The notes under the pieces are model-generated. The model saw only the letters and a program-made list of their open reading frames with translations. It made no database searches and was not told the DNA's origin. This document shows, in pieces, positions 28,018 through 38,118 of a DNA stretch of 64,000 bases. How positions within the stretch are numbered: position 1 is the first letter of the stretch; each line of letters starts with the position of its first letter. Source of the DNA: an uncultured Alphaproteobacteria bacterium (GTDB lineage Bacteria; Pseudomonadota; Alphaproteobacteria; HIMB59; GCA-002718135); NCBI GenBank assembly GCA_902514875.1, contig CABXSY010000002.1, positions 12,083 to 76,082 on the forward strand, in the 5' to 3' direction. Made by a program: the position numbers and the translations under genes.

Positions 28018-28959
28018 ATGACTGAAAAAATAGAAAATGATGTCTTAATTATTGGCTCTGGACCAGCAGGCTATACTGCTGCAATCTATGCAGCAAGAGC
28101 AAATTTAAAACCACATTTAGTTTCAGGTTTAGAACCAGGAGGTCAGCTAACCATCACTACGGATGTAGAAAACTATCCAGGATTTGAAAATGTAATTCAG
28201 GGTCCTTGGCTTATGGAACAAATGAAAGAACAAGCAGTAAAAGTAGGAACTATCTTTCATAATGATATTGTAACTTCAATTGATTTTGAAAAAAAACCAT
28301 TTACTTCCAAAACTGAGTCAGGCAAAGAATTTGTGTCCAAATCGATAATTATTGCAACAGGCGCTCAGGCTAGATGGCTGAATTTGGAAAGTGAAAAAAA
28401 ATTTAAAGGATTTGGTATTTCTGCTTGTGCAACTTGTGATGGGTTTTTCTTCAAAGATCAGCAAGTAGCAGTGATTGGTGGAGGTAATAGTGCAGTAGAG
28501 GAAGCAATTTTTTTGACTAAATTTGCTTCAAAGGTTTTGTTAATCCATAGAAGAGATAGTTTAAGAGCTGAAAAAATTTTACAAGAAAGACTATTTAACA
28601 ATAAAAAAATTGAAGTAATTTGGAATAGTAAGGTTTCTGAGTTTATTGGGGAAGAAAATCCAAATACATTAAAAAAAATTATTTTAAAGAACACATTAGA
28701 TGGTACCAAAAAAACTATAGATGTAAACGGTGCTTTTATAGCTATAGGACATGATCCTGCTACTTCACTTTTTATAGATAAGTTAAAAATGGACGAGGAA
28801 AATTATATAATTACTAAACCTGATAGTACTGCAACAAGTATTAAGGGAGTCTTTGCAGCAGGTGATGTAAAAGATAAAATTTATAGGCAGGCTGTAACTG
28901 CTGCTGGTATGGGCTGTATGGCTGCTTTAGAGGCTGAAAAGTATATAGCAGAAAATTAA
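28018..28959 (+). CDS. trxB: Thioredoxin-disulfide reductase
   Basis: VLIIGSGPAGYTAAIYAARA, redox-active CATC in SACATCDGFF, and GGGNSAVEEA. Confidence 0.95.
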   Translation: MTEKIENDVLIIGSGPAGYTAAIYAARANLKPHLVSGLEPGGQLTITTDVENYPGFENVIQGPWLMEQMKEQAVKVGTIFHNDIVTSIDFEKKPFTSKTESGKEFVSKSIIIATGAQARWLNLESEKKFKGFGISACATCDGFFFKDQQVAVIGGGNSAVEEAIFLTKFASKVLLIHRRDSLRAEKILQERLFNNKKIEVIWNSKVSEFIGEENPNTLKKIILKNTLDGTKKTIDVNGAFIAIGHDPATSLFIDKLKMDEENYIITKPDSTATSIKGVFAAGDVKDKIYRQAVTAAGMGCMAALEAEKYIAEN

Positions 28960-29085
28960 TTATCCCTGTCTGGCTTTCATTCTTGGATTTTTTTTATTAA
29001 TCACATAAATTCTACCTTTTCTACGAACGACTTTACAATCCTTATCTCTAGTTTTGGCAGTTTTTAATGAGCATTTAACTTTCAT
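28960..29085 (-). CDS. rpmJ: 50S ribosomal protein L36
   Basis: Not in the ORF track (41 aa). Hand translation of the rc gives [41 protein letters not shown], a close match to the alphaproteobacterial L36 type (…RRKGR.Y.INKKNPR.KARQG). Its stop abuts the trxB stop. Confidence 0.9.
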   Translation of the reverse strand: MKVKCSLKTAKTRDKDCKVVRRKGRIYVINKKNPRMKARQG

Positions 29086-29141
29086 AAAAGCGCTTTAAAT
29101 TCTGGGATTTGTTTTGTCAAACATATATTGTCTGAATTAAT

Positions 29142-30728
29142 ATGAGAAACTTATCTTACCCAGGAAGATCCAATGTTTTAGCTCAAAATGGTATGGTGGC
29201 AACATCAAATCCATTAAGTTCCATGGTTGCTATTAATGTACTTCAAAAAGGTGGAAATGCTGTTGATGCTGCTATCGCGGCTTCAGCTGTTCAAGCTGTA
29301 GTATGTCCAAGCGCAACAGGAATCGGTGGGGATTGTTTTGCAATTATTTCAATGAATGGGGATAAACCAATTGCTGTAAATGGGTCTGGAATTGCTCCTA
29401 AAAGAGCAAATTTACAGTTTTATAAAGATAATAATATAAAAAATATTAGTTTAACAAGTCCGCATTCAGTCACTATTCCTGGAGCAGTTCATGCATGGTG
29501 TTCTATGCATGAAAAATTTGGAAGAATTGATTTTAATGAAGTGTTAAATGGTGCAGAAAATTTAGCTAGAAAAGGATTTCCTGTTCATGAAGTTGAAGCC
29601 ATTGCATGGAAAGAGAATGAAAAAAAACTTAAAAAAAATTCTAATTCTAAAAGTTTGTTTTTAAATAAAAATCTAGGTTATGGTTATGGTGAAGTTTTTA
29701 AAAATATTCCTTTAGCAAATACTTTAAGAATCATCTCAAAAAATAAAATTAAAGGATTTTATCAAAGTGAAATAACTAAGGACATGGTTAAGACACTAAA
29801 TAAACTTGGAGGACTGCATACAGAAGAAGATTTCTATAATCAAAAAACCTTATTTTCAAAAACAATAACAAATTCATATAGAAATTTAAAAATACATCAG
29901 TGCCCCTTAAATAGTCCTGGATTAGTTGTTTTGATGATGATGGCAATGACTGAGAAATTAAATATCAAAAAATACCATCCTTTAAGTTTTGAAAGATATC
30001 ATCTTCAAGCTGAAATTTCAAAAATATGTTTTGAGGTTAAGGAAACAATATTTGGTGATCCTAATTTTAATAATATAAATATAAAAGATTATTTAAGTAA
30101 TGAATATATAAGCTCTTTATGTTCTAGAATAAATAAAAATAAAATTTATTCTTCAAAAAAAGGCAATGTAACTTCTCACCCTGAAACAATATATTTAAGT
30201 GTTGTAGATAGAGATTTGAATTCAGTATCATTTATTAATTCAATATGTCATGGTTTTGGAAGTGGGATTACAAGTAATAAAACAGGAATTCTTTTTCAAA
30301 ATAGAGGTGTAAATTTCAGATTAGAAGATGGTCACCCCAACTCAATTGATAGCCATAAAAGACCACTTCATACAATAATCCCTGGGCTAATAACTAATAA
30401 GAAAGATGAGACACTGTATTCTTATGGAGTTATGGGAGGCCAATATCAACCAATTGGTCAGTCTCATTTGATTCAAAATATAATCGACTATAACATGACA
30501 GTACAAGAAGGCTTGGATTTACCTAGAGCATTTGCTCTAAATGGCCTCTTAAATGTTGAGAATTCATTAGATAATAAAATTGTAAATAAATTAAAGAATA
30601 TTGGTCATAAAATTAAAATAAATAAAAATGCTATCGGCGGTGGTCAATGTATAAAAATAGATAGAAAAAATGGAGTACTTATTGGCGGGTCAGATCCACG
30701 GAAGGATGGTATGGCAATAGGTTACTAA
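29142..30728 (+). CDS. ggt: Gamma-glutamyltransferase family protein
   Basis: 528 aa with GMVATSNPLSS, GGNAVDAAIA, the autoprocessing/nucleophile region ETIYLSVVDRD, and GVMGGQYQPIGQ. No obvious signal peptide. Confidence 0.88.
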   Translation: MRNLSYPGRSNVLAQNGMVATSNPLSSMVAINVLQKGGNAVDAAIAASAVQAVVCPSATGIGGDCFAIISMNGDKPIAVNGSGIAPKRANLQFYKDNNIKNISLTSPHSVTIPGAVHAWCSMHEKFGRIDFNEVLNGAENLARKGFPVHEVEAIAWKENEKKLKKNSNSKSLFLNKNLGYGYGEVFKNIPLANTLRIISKNKIKGFYQSEITKDMVKTLNKLGGLHTEEDFYNQKTLFSKTITNSYRNLKIHQCPLNSPGLVVLMMMAMTEKLNIKKYHPLSFERYHLQAEISKICFEVKETIFGDPNFNNINIKDYLSNEYISSLCSRINKNKIYSSKKGNVTSHPETIYLSVVDRDLNSVSFINSICHGFGSGITSNKTGILFQNRGVNFRLEDGHPNSIDSHKRPLHTIIPGLITNKKDETLYSYGVMGGQYQPIGQSHLIQNIIDYNMTVQEGLDLPRAFALNGLLNVENSLDNKIVNKLKNIGHKIKINKNAIGGGQCIKIDRKNGVLIGGSDPRKDGMAIGY

Positions 30729-30730
30729 AC

Positions 30731-31768
30731 CTACACTTTGCCAAAAGTGTCATTATACTGATTATTTACTCTTACAAATGTAGTACACTTACTAAGCTGC
30801 TTTAATGATGAAGCTCCAACGTATGTACAGCTACTTCGTACACCTCCAAGAATATCCCTAATTGTGCTATCTAGCGAGTTCTTCATTTGTAATTTAACTT
30901 TTTTACCTTCAGATGATCTATAGTTTGCAAGACCACCATAATGTTTCTCATTTGCTTCTTCAGAACTTGATCCATAAAACTCGATAAATTTAGTTCCCTT
31001 TTCCTCAATTATATCACCACCACCTTCCTTATGACCTGCTAACATTCCACCAAGCATAACAAAGTCTGCACCGGCACCAAATCCTTTTGCAACATCACCA
31101 GGGCAAGTACATCCTCCATCAGCGATAATATGCGCTCCTAATCCATGTGCTGCGTCAGCACACTCCATTACAGCGCTAAGTTGTGGATATCCTACTCCTG
31201 TTTGTATTCTAGTGGTACATACACTTCCAGGTCCGATACCAACTTTAACAATATCTGCCCCACTTAATACTAATTCCTGAGTCATATCTGCAGTAACAAC
31301 ATTACCAGCAATGATAGTTTTTTTTGGATATTTTTTTCTTACTTCTGAGACAAAATTACTAAAATTTTCTGAATAACCATTTGCAACATCAATACAGATA
31401 AATTTAAATTTTGGATATTTTTTTAGAATTGAATTTAACCTATTGTAACTGTCTTTACTTGTGCCGCAACTAAGAGCAATTGAGTCAAAGAAAATATTTT
31501 TTTTATAAATAGTTCCTATTTGATTAATGTCATGCTGTTTTGTTAAAGCAGTCATTAGTTTGTGAGAACTTAGTTTTTTTGCAACTTCTATTTCACCAAC
31601 ACCATCCATATTAGAGGCTATTATTGGAATTCCTTTCCATGATAATCTTGAGTGTTTAAAAGTATATTTTCGATTCAAATCAACATCTTTCCTACTTTTT
31701 AAAGTACTTCTCTTTGGTCTAAAAAGGACATCTGAGTAGTCAAGTTTAATTTCTTCTTCAATTCTCAT
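30731..31768 (-). CDS. guaC: GMP reductase
   Basis: [21 protein letters not shown]..., [14 protein letters not shown], and a length of 345 aa. Confidence 0.9.
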   Translation of the reverse strand: MRIEEEIKLDYSDVLFRPKRSTLKSRKDVDLNRKYTFKHSRLSWKGIPIIASNMDGVGEIEVAKKLSSHKLMTALTKQHDINQIGTIYKKNIFFDSIALSCGTSKDSYNRLNSILKKYPKFKFICIDVANGYSENFSNFVSEVRKKYPKKTIIAGNVVTADMTQELVLSGADIVKVGIGPGSVCTTRIQTGVGYPQLSAVMECADAAHGLGAHIIADGGCTCPGDVAKGFGAGADFVMLGGMLAGHKEGGGDIIEEKGTKFIEFYGSSSEEANEKHYGGLANYRSSEGKKVKLQMKNSLDSTIRDILGGVRSSCTYVGASSLKQLSKCTTFVRVNNQYNDTFGKV

Positions 31769-31830
31769 AAATACATTCGCATATTTGTATTAAATAATTT
31801 AGAAATTAAAACAAATATAAATTGATATCT

Positions 31831-32712
31831 ATGAAGTTAAATACGTTAATAAATGCAAATAAAAGAAAGTTTGATATTAAATTTAAAAAACTTTTAAAAA
31901 GCAGGCTAGACAAATCAAGTTTGTCAAATGCAATCTTTTATGGCTCTATGAATGGAGGAAAAAGAATAAGGCCATTTTTAGTAATGGAGTCTGCAAAAAT
32001 AGCAAAAATTTCATCAAATGATGCCTTTATCATAGCCTCATGTATTGAATGTATACATTCGTACTCCTTAATTCACGATGATTTACCATCAATGGATGAT
32101 GATGATTTCAGAAGAGGTAAATTAAGTACTCATAAAAAATTTAATGAAGCTACTGCAATATTAGCAGGAGATGCTTTACATGATTTAGCATTTGAATTAA
32201 TCTCAGGAAATTTTAAAAATAAAAATGTTATTTCTAGATTAAATTTAATAAATTATCTTTCTTTGTGTATTGGGCATAAAGGATTAGCTCTGGGTCAAGC
32301 TTTAGATTTAGAATATGAAAATAAAAAGTTATCTAAAAATAAAATTTTAGATATGTATTCTAGAAAAACTGGCAAGTTATTTGAATTCTCTTTTTCTGCA
32401 CCTTTTATATTAAAAGATAAAAGTAAAATAGATATTCAGTTTGCAAAAGATTATGGAATGTTATTTGGTTTAATATTTCAAATTATAGATGACTTAATCG
32501 ATGAAATTGGAACTTTTAAGAAAATTGGAAAAACACCAGGTAAAGATGTTGAGCAAGGCAAAAGTACCTTACTAAAATTAATTGGTGAAAAGCAAGTTAC
32601 TGATTTATGTAATAATAAAATTAATACTTTTATAAAAAAATATAAAAATAAAATAAGTCAAAATCCTATACTAATAAAAATGTTAGAATTTGGGATGGAT
32701 CGGTTAAATTAA
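31831..32712 (+). CDS. ispA: Polyprenyl (farnesyl/geranylgeranyl) diphosphate synthase
   Basis: The first Asp-rich motif is LIHDDLPSMDDDDFRRG and the second is FQIIDDLID. I place the start at ATG 31831; the ORF track begins 3 codons earlier at a TTG. Confidence 0.9.
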   Translation: MKLNTLINANKRKFDIKFKKLLKSRLDKSSLSNAIFYGSMNGGKRIRPFLVMESAKIAKISSNDAFIIASCIECIHSYSLIHDDLPSMDDDDFRRGKLSTHKKFNEATAILAGDALHDLAFELISGNFKNKNVISRLNLINYLSLCIGHKGLALGQALDLEYENKKLSKNKILDMYSRKTGKLFEFSFSAPFILKDKSKIDIQFAKDYGMLFGLIFQIIDDLIDEIGTFKKIGKTPGKDVEQGKSTLLKLIGEKQVTDLCNNKINTFIKKYKNKISQNPILIKMLEFGMDRLN

Positions 32713-33119
32713 AAATGTACTATTTTTTTTGCTAAATATAATCCAGATGTAGCTGATACAGCTGTTAACGAGCCACCCCAGAACATATCTACGAAAGTGA
32801 CAGTTGGTGACCATCCTTTGAGCACTGCCATATTTGTTAAGTTATATGTGCCATATGCAACCAAACCAAATATGAAGCCAGTGTACAATGTTTTCATTAA
32901 GTTACCAGAATCAACACAAGGTTGAATTACAACCAAAGACATACCAAAGACATATAATATATAAAAAAGAGCGGCTGCCCACATTACAGGCTTATCAGCT
33001 AATAAATTACCTATTAGAGGTCTATAAAAAGACTTTGTAGCAAAGCTTAACCAAATTACATCTATTATTAGGAAGATCAATGAGGCAATTAAAGTTGCTA
33101 CTAGTAAACATTTGAACAT
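32709..33119 (-). CDS. DUF2177 family membrane protein
   Basis: 136 aa with 4 hydrophobic helices. IDVIWLSFATKSFYRPLIG is characteristic of DUF2177 as I recall it. Confidence 0.7.
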   Translation of the reverse strand: MFKCLLVATLIASLIFLIIDVIWLSFATKSFYRPLIGNLLADKPVMWAAALFYILYVFGMSLVVIQPCVDSGNLMKTLYTGFIFGLVAYGTYNLTNMAVLKGWSPTVTFVDMFWGGSLTAVSATSGLYLAKKIVHF

Positions 33120-33173
33120 ATATTATAGATATATCATATTATTATATTTCAAGAATATTTATTAAAATTTCAA

Positions 33174-33248
33174 TGGTGGGTGTGACAGGGATTGAACCTG
33201 TGGCCCCTGCCGTGTCGAGGCAGTGCTCTACCGCTGAGCTACACACCC
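33174..33248 (-). tRNA. tRNA-Val (anticodon GAC)
   Basis: rc = GGGTGTGTAGCTCAGCGGTAGAGCACTGCCTCGACACGGCAGGGGCCACAGGTTCAATCCCTGTCACACCCACCA. The cloverleaf has acceptor GGGTGTG/CACACCC, D arm GCTC/GAGC, anticodon stem CTGCC/GGCAG with loop TCGACAC, and T arm ACAGG/CCTGT with loop TTCAATC. CCA is encoded. Position 33 reads C rather than the usual U. Confidence 0.9.
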
Positions 33249-33469
33249 AAGTAATTTTTTTATTTAATTATAGTATTTTGAAATATAATGACTTTTAAAG
33301 CTAAAGCAATAATTGAAAGCTTGTATAAGATTTTTAAATTTTACTTAATTTAACCTTTTTTAATCATTAATTAACTAAATAAATTATAAACATATTGATC
33401 AATTTTTTATTAAATAATATTTAGAGTTTAGAATTATTCATACAATTGATTATTGAAATTAGGAGATAA

Positions 33470-33970
33470 ATGAAGGTAAAAAAATATAATTTTACAGAAA
33501 AAGAAGTCTCTAAAGCTCTAAATATTTATAATTATTTTATTGAAAATTCATTATCTAATTTTGAAGAAAAAAAATTATCTAAATCAAAATTTAATTTATT
33601 ATTAAAAAAAATAAAAAAAAATAAGTTACCATTTATTTTTGCAATTAAAGAAAATGAAGTTATTGGATTAGCATTTGTAAATAAATTTAGAGAAAAAAGT
33701 GGATATAGATTTTCATATGAACATTCAATCTATGTAGATCCAGATTACATTAATAATGGTTATGGTAATATGATATTAAAAGAACTTGTTAAAATATGTA
33801 AAAAAATTACAAAGATTAAAAATTTAATAGCAGTGATTGGTGGAAAAAATAATTTTGCTTCTATAAAAATACATAAAAATAACGGATTTCAATATATTGG
33901 AACTATAAAAAAAGCTGGTTTTAAAAAAAATAAGTGGGTTGATTCAATTTATATGCAAAAAAGATTATGA
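33470..33970 (+). CDS. GNAT family N-acetyltransferase (phosphinothricin-acetyltransferase-like)
   Basis: 166 aa with VIGLAFVNKFREKSGYRFSYEHSIYVDPDYINNGYGNMILKEL and IKIHKNNGFQYIGT. SD is AGGAG at 33460-33464. Confidence 0.8.
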   Translation: MKVKKYNFTEKEVSKALNIYNYFIENSLSNFEEKKLSKSKFNLLLKKIKKNKLPFIFAIKENEVIGLAFVNKFREKSGYRFSYEHSIYVDPDYINNGYGNMILKELVKICKKITKIKNLIAVIGGKNNFASIKIHKNNGFQYIGTIKKAGFKKNKWVDSIYMQKRL

Positions 33971-34431
33971 AAAAAGTAAGCACTCAGAATTTTAAAAAAA
34001 CACTTAGTAAGTTTTCGACAGGAATTACTGTTGTATGTGTTAAAAATAATAATTCAATATATGGGAAAACTGTTAATTCATTTAACTCTCTGTCTCTAAA
34101 CCCTCCTATGGTTTTATTTTCTTTAGGTAATTACTCTTCTTCAATAAAACAGTTTTCAAAAACTAAATTTTTATCAATAAATATTTTATCTAGTAAGCAA
34201 AAAAAATTATCTGATAATTTTGCCTCAACCACACCTAATTTAGAAAATATAAAATTTCTTGAAGGGAAAAATAAAACAGCAATTATATCAAATTGCATAG
34301 CAAATCTTGAATGTAAACTAATAGATAAAATCAAAAAAGGCGATCACATAATGTTTATATGTAAGATATTAGAACTACAATCTAATGATAAATTGAAACC
34401 ACTTGTATATTTTAATTCAAAATATTTTTAA
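33967..34431 (+). CDS. Flavin reductase-like domain protein
   Basis: 154 aa with FKKTLSKFSTGITVVC...NSFNSLSLNPPMVLFSL, typical of the NAD(P)H-flavin reductase (HpaC-like) fold. ATGA overlap with the GNAT gene. Confidence 0.8.
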   Translation: MKKVSTQNFKKTLSKFSTGITVVCVKNNNSIYGKTVNSFNSLSLNPPMVLFSLGNYSSSIKQFSKTKFLSINILSSKQKKLSDNFASTTPNLENIKFLEGKNKTAIISNCIANLECKLIDKIKKGDHIMFICKILELQSNDKLKPLVYFNSKYF

Positions 34432-35724
34432 GTGTTTAGAATTTTAAGATATCTAATTTTAATTTCTTTAATATCGTCAGGATATCATATATTTATTTCT
34501 GAATACTTTAATTTATCTGAGAGAAATTTTTTAGTGAGAGAGATTATAAAAAAAGAAATAGTAGAAGATAAAAAAGAAATTATTCAAGAAAAAAAAGAGA
34601 AAGTGACTTTACCTAATATAAAAAAAAATATTGATAAAGTGCAATATGTTGAGAAAAAAATTGAAATTTTACAAGGTGATACTTTTGTTTCTATTTTAAA
34701 AAACTTAAATTTTGAACAAGAAAATATTTACGAAATTATAAGCGAGATAGAAAACTTTTTTGATTTAAATAAAATCAAAACTGGAGAAATTATAAGTGTG
34801 TTTGAAAATAGTTTTGGAGAAATAAAAAAAATTGAATTTTTTAAGAGCAGTGAGACAATTATTTCAGTTAATTTAGATAAAGACATAAATTTAAATATAA
34901 GAGAATTAAATAAAGATTCATTTGTTGAATCAAAAGAATACACAATTACAGAATCATTATTTTCAGACGGTATTAAAAATGGTGTATCAGCAGATATTTT
35001 AGTAAAAATAATAAGCCTCTTTAGTTTTGATCTCGATTTTCAAAGAGATATTAGGGTCAATACTGTTGTTTCAATATCCTATGAATTTGATGAAATAATA
35101 GAAACAGGTAAGCTACAATATAACGATATTAAATATGCTTCTATAATAATTGATGGTAAAAAACTAGAATATTTTAAGTTTATTACAGATGATGGTTATG
35201 TTGATTATTTTAACAGAGCAGGCAAAAATGTTAAAAAATCAATATTAAAAACACCTTTAGATGGCGCAAGGATTTCATCAAATTTTGGTATGCGTAAACA
35301 TCCGATATCAGGTTTCAATAAAATGCACAAAGGTGTTGATTTTGCTGCGCCTACAGGAACACCAATTTATGCTGGTGGAAATGGAATTGTTGAATATGTT
35401 GGAAGCAATGGAGGTTATGGAAAATATATTCGTATAAGGCATAATAATGGATATAAAACAGCGTATGCTCATTTATCAAATTACAAAAAAGGTATTTCTA
35501 AAGGTGTAAGAATTAACCAAGGTGAAGTTATAGGATATGTAGGTAGCACAGGAAACTCTACAGGACCTCATCTTCATTATGAAATTATTTATCAAAATAA
35601 ACATATTAATCCTTTAAAACTAAAACTTCCCTCTGGCAAAATACTTGAGGGTAAAGAATTAGAAAAATTTAAAGAAGAATATAAAATAATATATGCAGAT
35701 CACTTAAGCATGTTATACGAATAA
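34432..35724 (+). CDS. M23 family metallopeptidase (peptidoglycan DD-endopeptidase-like), membrane anchored
   Basis: GTG start and an N-terminal TM helix. The C-terminal motifs are HKGVDFAAPTGTPIYA and GSTGNSTGPHLHYEI. Confidence 0.88.
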   Translation: MFRILRYLILISLISSGYHIFISEYFNLSERNFLVREIIKKEIVEDKKEIIQEKKEKVTLPNIKKNIDKVQYVEKKIEILQGDTFVSILKNLNFEQENIYEIISEIENFFDLNKIKTGEIISVFENSFGEIKKIEFFKSSETIISVNLDKDINLNIRELNKDSFVESKEYTITESLFSDGIKNGVSADILVKIISLFSFDLDFQRDIRVNTVVSISYEFDEIIETGKLQYNDIKYASIIIDGKKLEYFKFITDDGYVDYFNRAGKNVKKSILKTPLDGARISSNFGMRKHPISGFNKMHKGVDFAAPTGTPIYAGGNGIVEYVGSNGGYGKYIRIRHNNGYKTAYAHLSNYKKGISKGVRINQGEVIGYVGSTGNSTGPHLHYEIIYQNKHINPLKLKLPSGKILEGKELEKFKEEYKIIYADHLSMLYE

Positions 35725-36141
35725 CTACTTTGTTGATCTTGTTCTTTTTTCTTTTGATGGTTCAGCTATAAAAGGAATAGTTTCTATAGAATCATCAACT
35801 TCTTCTTTATCATTATCATTTACTTGAATAGTTTCATTATCAGTATCTGAAGTTTGTTCATTTGAACTATTTTGTTTTTGCTCATCAAAATTTGTGTTTT
35901 CTTCAACATTAATACCTAGCTCAACCATTATTCTATAATAATGATCAGTAAATTGATAATAGTATTCAGATTGAATTCTATCACCTGATCTAGATGCTTC
36001 TTTAGCTAGTTTTAAATACTTGTTATATTGCTGGGATACATTTCCTCTATTTCTATTATTGAAATTTTTATATCCACCAGGTTTCTTAAAACTAGTTCTT
36101 CTATTACTCTTATAAGCGGTTCTACCGTTTTTTTTATACAT
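35725..36141 (-). CDS. DUF4167 domain-containing protein
   Basis: 138 aa with a basic N-terminus, QQYNKYLKLAKEASRSGDRIQSEYYYQFTDHYYRIM (the DUF4167 core as found in alphaproteobacteria), and an acidic tail. Confidence 0.75.
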   Translation of the reverse strand: MYKKNGRTAYKSNRRTSFKKPGGYKNFNNRNRGNVSQQYNKYLKLAKEASRSGDRIQSEYYYQFTDHYYRIMVELGINVEENTNFDEQKQNSSNEQTSDTDNETIQVNDNDKEEVDDSIETIPFIAEPSKEKRTRSTK

Positions 36142-36218
36142 ATTTTTTGGAAATTAAGAATTTTAATAAATTATTAATCTTGTTTCTTATCTATACAGTT
36201 GATTTTATTTATTTCAAC

Positions 36219-37049
36219 TCATATCTTTGAAAAACTAAGGATTCGCTCGATTCCTTGAAGATCTTTAACAATTTTATTTAAATATAATCCCGAATTTTGA
36301 AATATTTGTTCGCAATCTTGTCTCTGATTAATGCCAATTTCACAAACAAAATAAGCACTTTTATTCATTAAATATTTTATATTATTTGAATATTCTCTGT
36401 AAAATTTCAATCCATCATCTCCTCCAACTAGAGCTAATTTAGGTTCAAAATTTTTAACTTCTGGATCTGTATTTTTAAATTGATCGTTTGTTAAGTATGG
36501 TGGATTAGATACAATCAAATCAAACTTAGAATTAATATTTTTAAAATCAATTATCTTAAGTTGAATTTGATTGGAGCAATTATGAATTTTTAAATTTGTT
36601 TCAGCAACTTCTATTGCTTCTTTTGAAATATCTATAGCTGTAATAGATGCATTTTTAAATTCCTTAGCAAGTGATATTGCAATACAGCCTGATCCAGTAC
36701 CAATATCTAATATCTTTAATTTAAGATTTTTATTTTTATAAATATTTAATACTTCCTCAATTATTAATTCTGTTTCTGGGCGTGGATCTAAAACGAAATT
36801 ATTTACATAAAAATCATTTTTCCAAAAAGATTTATTGTTAATAATTTTAGCTATTGGTTGTCTATTAATTCTTTTTTGAAGATAAGATTTAAATTTAACA
36901 ATATCAATATTATCTATATTTAAATTACTTAAAATAATTTCATTATTTTTTTTTGAAGCATGCTTTAGTAAAATTCTCAGATCTAATTCTGGATTATCTA
37001 TATTTGTTTGGTTTAATTTTTTTAAACTCTCTTCAATTAAATTATTCAT
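36219..37049 (-). CDS. prmC: Release factor glutamine N5-methyltransferase
   Basis: [16 protein letters not shown] and the catalytic NPPY in VSNPPYL. It overlaps prfA by 8 nt. Confidence 0.92.
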   Translation of the reverse strand: MNNLIEESLKKLNQTNIDNPELDLRILLKHASKKNNEIILSNLNIDNIDIVKFKSYLQKRINRQPIAKIINNKSFWKNDFYVNNFVLDPRPETELIIEEVLNIYKNKNLKLKILDIGTGSGCIAISLAKEFKNASITAIDISKEAIEVAETNLKIHNCSNQIQLKIIDFKNINSKFDLIVSNPPYLTNDQFKNTDPEVKNFEPKLALVGGDDGLKFYREYSNNIKYLMNKSAYFVCEIGINQRQDCEQIFQNSGLYLNKIVKDLQGIERILSFSKI

Positions 37050-38118
37050 TTTTCATATTTGCTAACTTTGTACTCTCTTCTTCAGCAATTAAGGGATTTA
37101 TCAACTCATCTATGTTTCCCTCAAGTATTTCTGATAAATTATACAATGTAAGATTTATTCTATGATCAGAAACTCTTCCTTGGGGGAAATTATAGGTTCT
37201 TATTCTTTCAGATCTATCTCCAGAACCTACTTGAGTTTTTCTTTGCTCAGATCTTTCTTTATTTTTTTCTTGTATTTGATTGTCAAGTAATCTTGATCTT
37301 AAAATCTTTAAAGCCTTTGCCTTATTTTTATGTTGAGATTTTTCATCTTGTTGAGAGACAACTATCCCTGTTGGAATGTGTGTTATTCTTACAGCACTGT
37401 CAGTGGTATTGACAGATTGCCCTCCTGGTCCACTTGATCGAAAAACATCAATTCTTAGATCTTTATCAAGAACTTCAATATCAACCTCTTCAGCTTCAGG
37501 TAGAACGGCAACAGTAGCAGCTGATGTGTGTACCCTTCCACTACTTTCAGTAGTTGGAACCCTTTGCACTCTGTGAACACCAGATTCGAATTTTAATTTT
37601 GAAAAGACATTTAATCCTGAAATATTACAAATAGCCTCCTTTACACCTTTCAAACCTGTTTCTGATATTGATAAAATATCAAATTTCCATAAATTTATAT
37701 CAGCATATCTTTGGTACATATTTAATAAATCAGAAGCAAAAAGAGATGCTTCATCACCTCCAGTACCAGCTCTAATTTCTAAAATTGAATTTTTAGAGTC
37801 GTTTTCATCTTTTGGTATTAGTAATTTTAATAATTCCTTTTCAAGATCTTTGATTTGGTTTTTTTTTTCAATAAGTTCTGATTCAGCTATTTTACTAATT
37901 TCTAAATCGCTATCTTTTACTAGCTCATTAAGATTTAATATATCTTTTTGTAAATCATTGTATTCTTGAATTTTTTCCACAATTGGTCGAAGCTCTGAAT
38001 ATTCTCTGTTTAATTTAATTAATTCATTTGAGTCAATATTATTCATATTGTTTAATGAATTTTCAATTAATTTAAATTTTTCTAAAATTATTGAAAATTG
38101 TTTATCTAGATTTATCAT
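37042..38118 (-). CDS. prfA: Peptide chain release factor 1
   Basis: GGQ motif in [11 protein letters not shown] and the RF1-type tripeptide region [18 protein letters not shown]. Confidence 0.95.
   Translation of the reverse strand: MINLDKQFSIILEKFKLIENSLNNMNNIDSNELIKLNREYSELRPIVEKIQEYNDLQKDILNLNELVKDSDLEISKIAESELIEKKNQIKDLEKELLKLLIPKDENDSKNSILEIRAGTGGDEASLFASDLLNMYQRYADINLWKFDILSISETGLKGVKEAICNISGLNVFSKLKFESGVHRVQRVPTTESSGRVHTSAATVAVLPEAEEVDIEVLDKDLRIDVFRSSGPGGQSVNTTDSAVRITHIPTGIVVSQQDEKSQHKNKAKALKILRSRLLDNQIQEKNKERSEQRKTQVGSGDRSERIRTYNFPQGRVSDHRINLTLYNLSEILEGNIDELINPLIAEEESTKLANMKNE

Noticed and set aside
33288-33353. A 21-codon ORF (MTFKAKAIIESLYKIFKFYLI) in the 221-bp spacer after tRNA-Val.
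   Set aside because: It has no SD, no coupling and no recognisable sequence. Short ORFs of this kind are expected by chance, so I do not call it as a gene.
37859-37868. A 10-nt homopolymer (T10 on the plus strand, A10 in the prfA mRNA) considered as a possible programmed frameshift or phase-variation site. Similar runs occur in rodZ-like (about 40982-40991) and elsewhere.
   Set aside because: The prfA reading frame is intact through the run (EKKNQIK). The known programmed frameshift concerns prfB, not prfA. Lys-Lys codon runs are a simple consequence of the AT bias.
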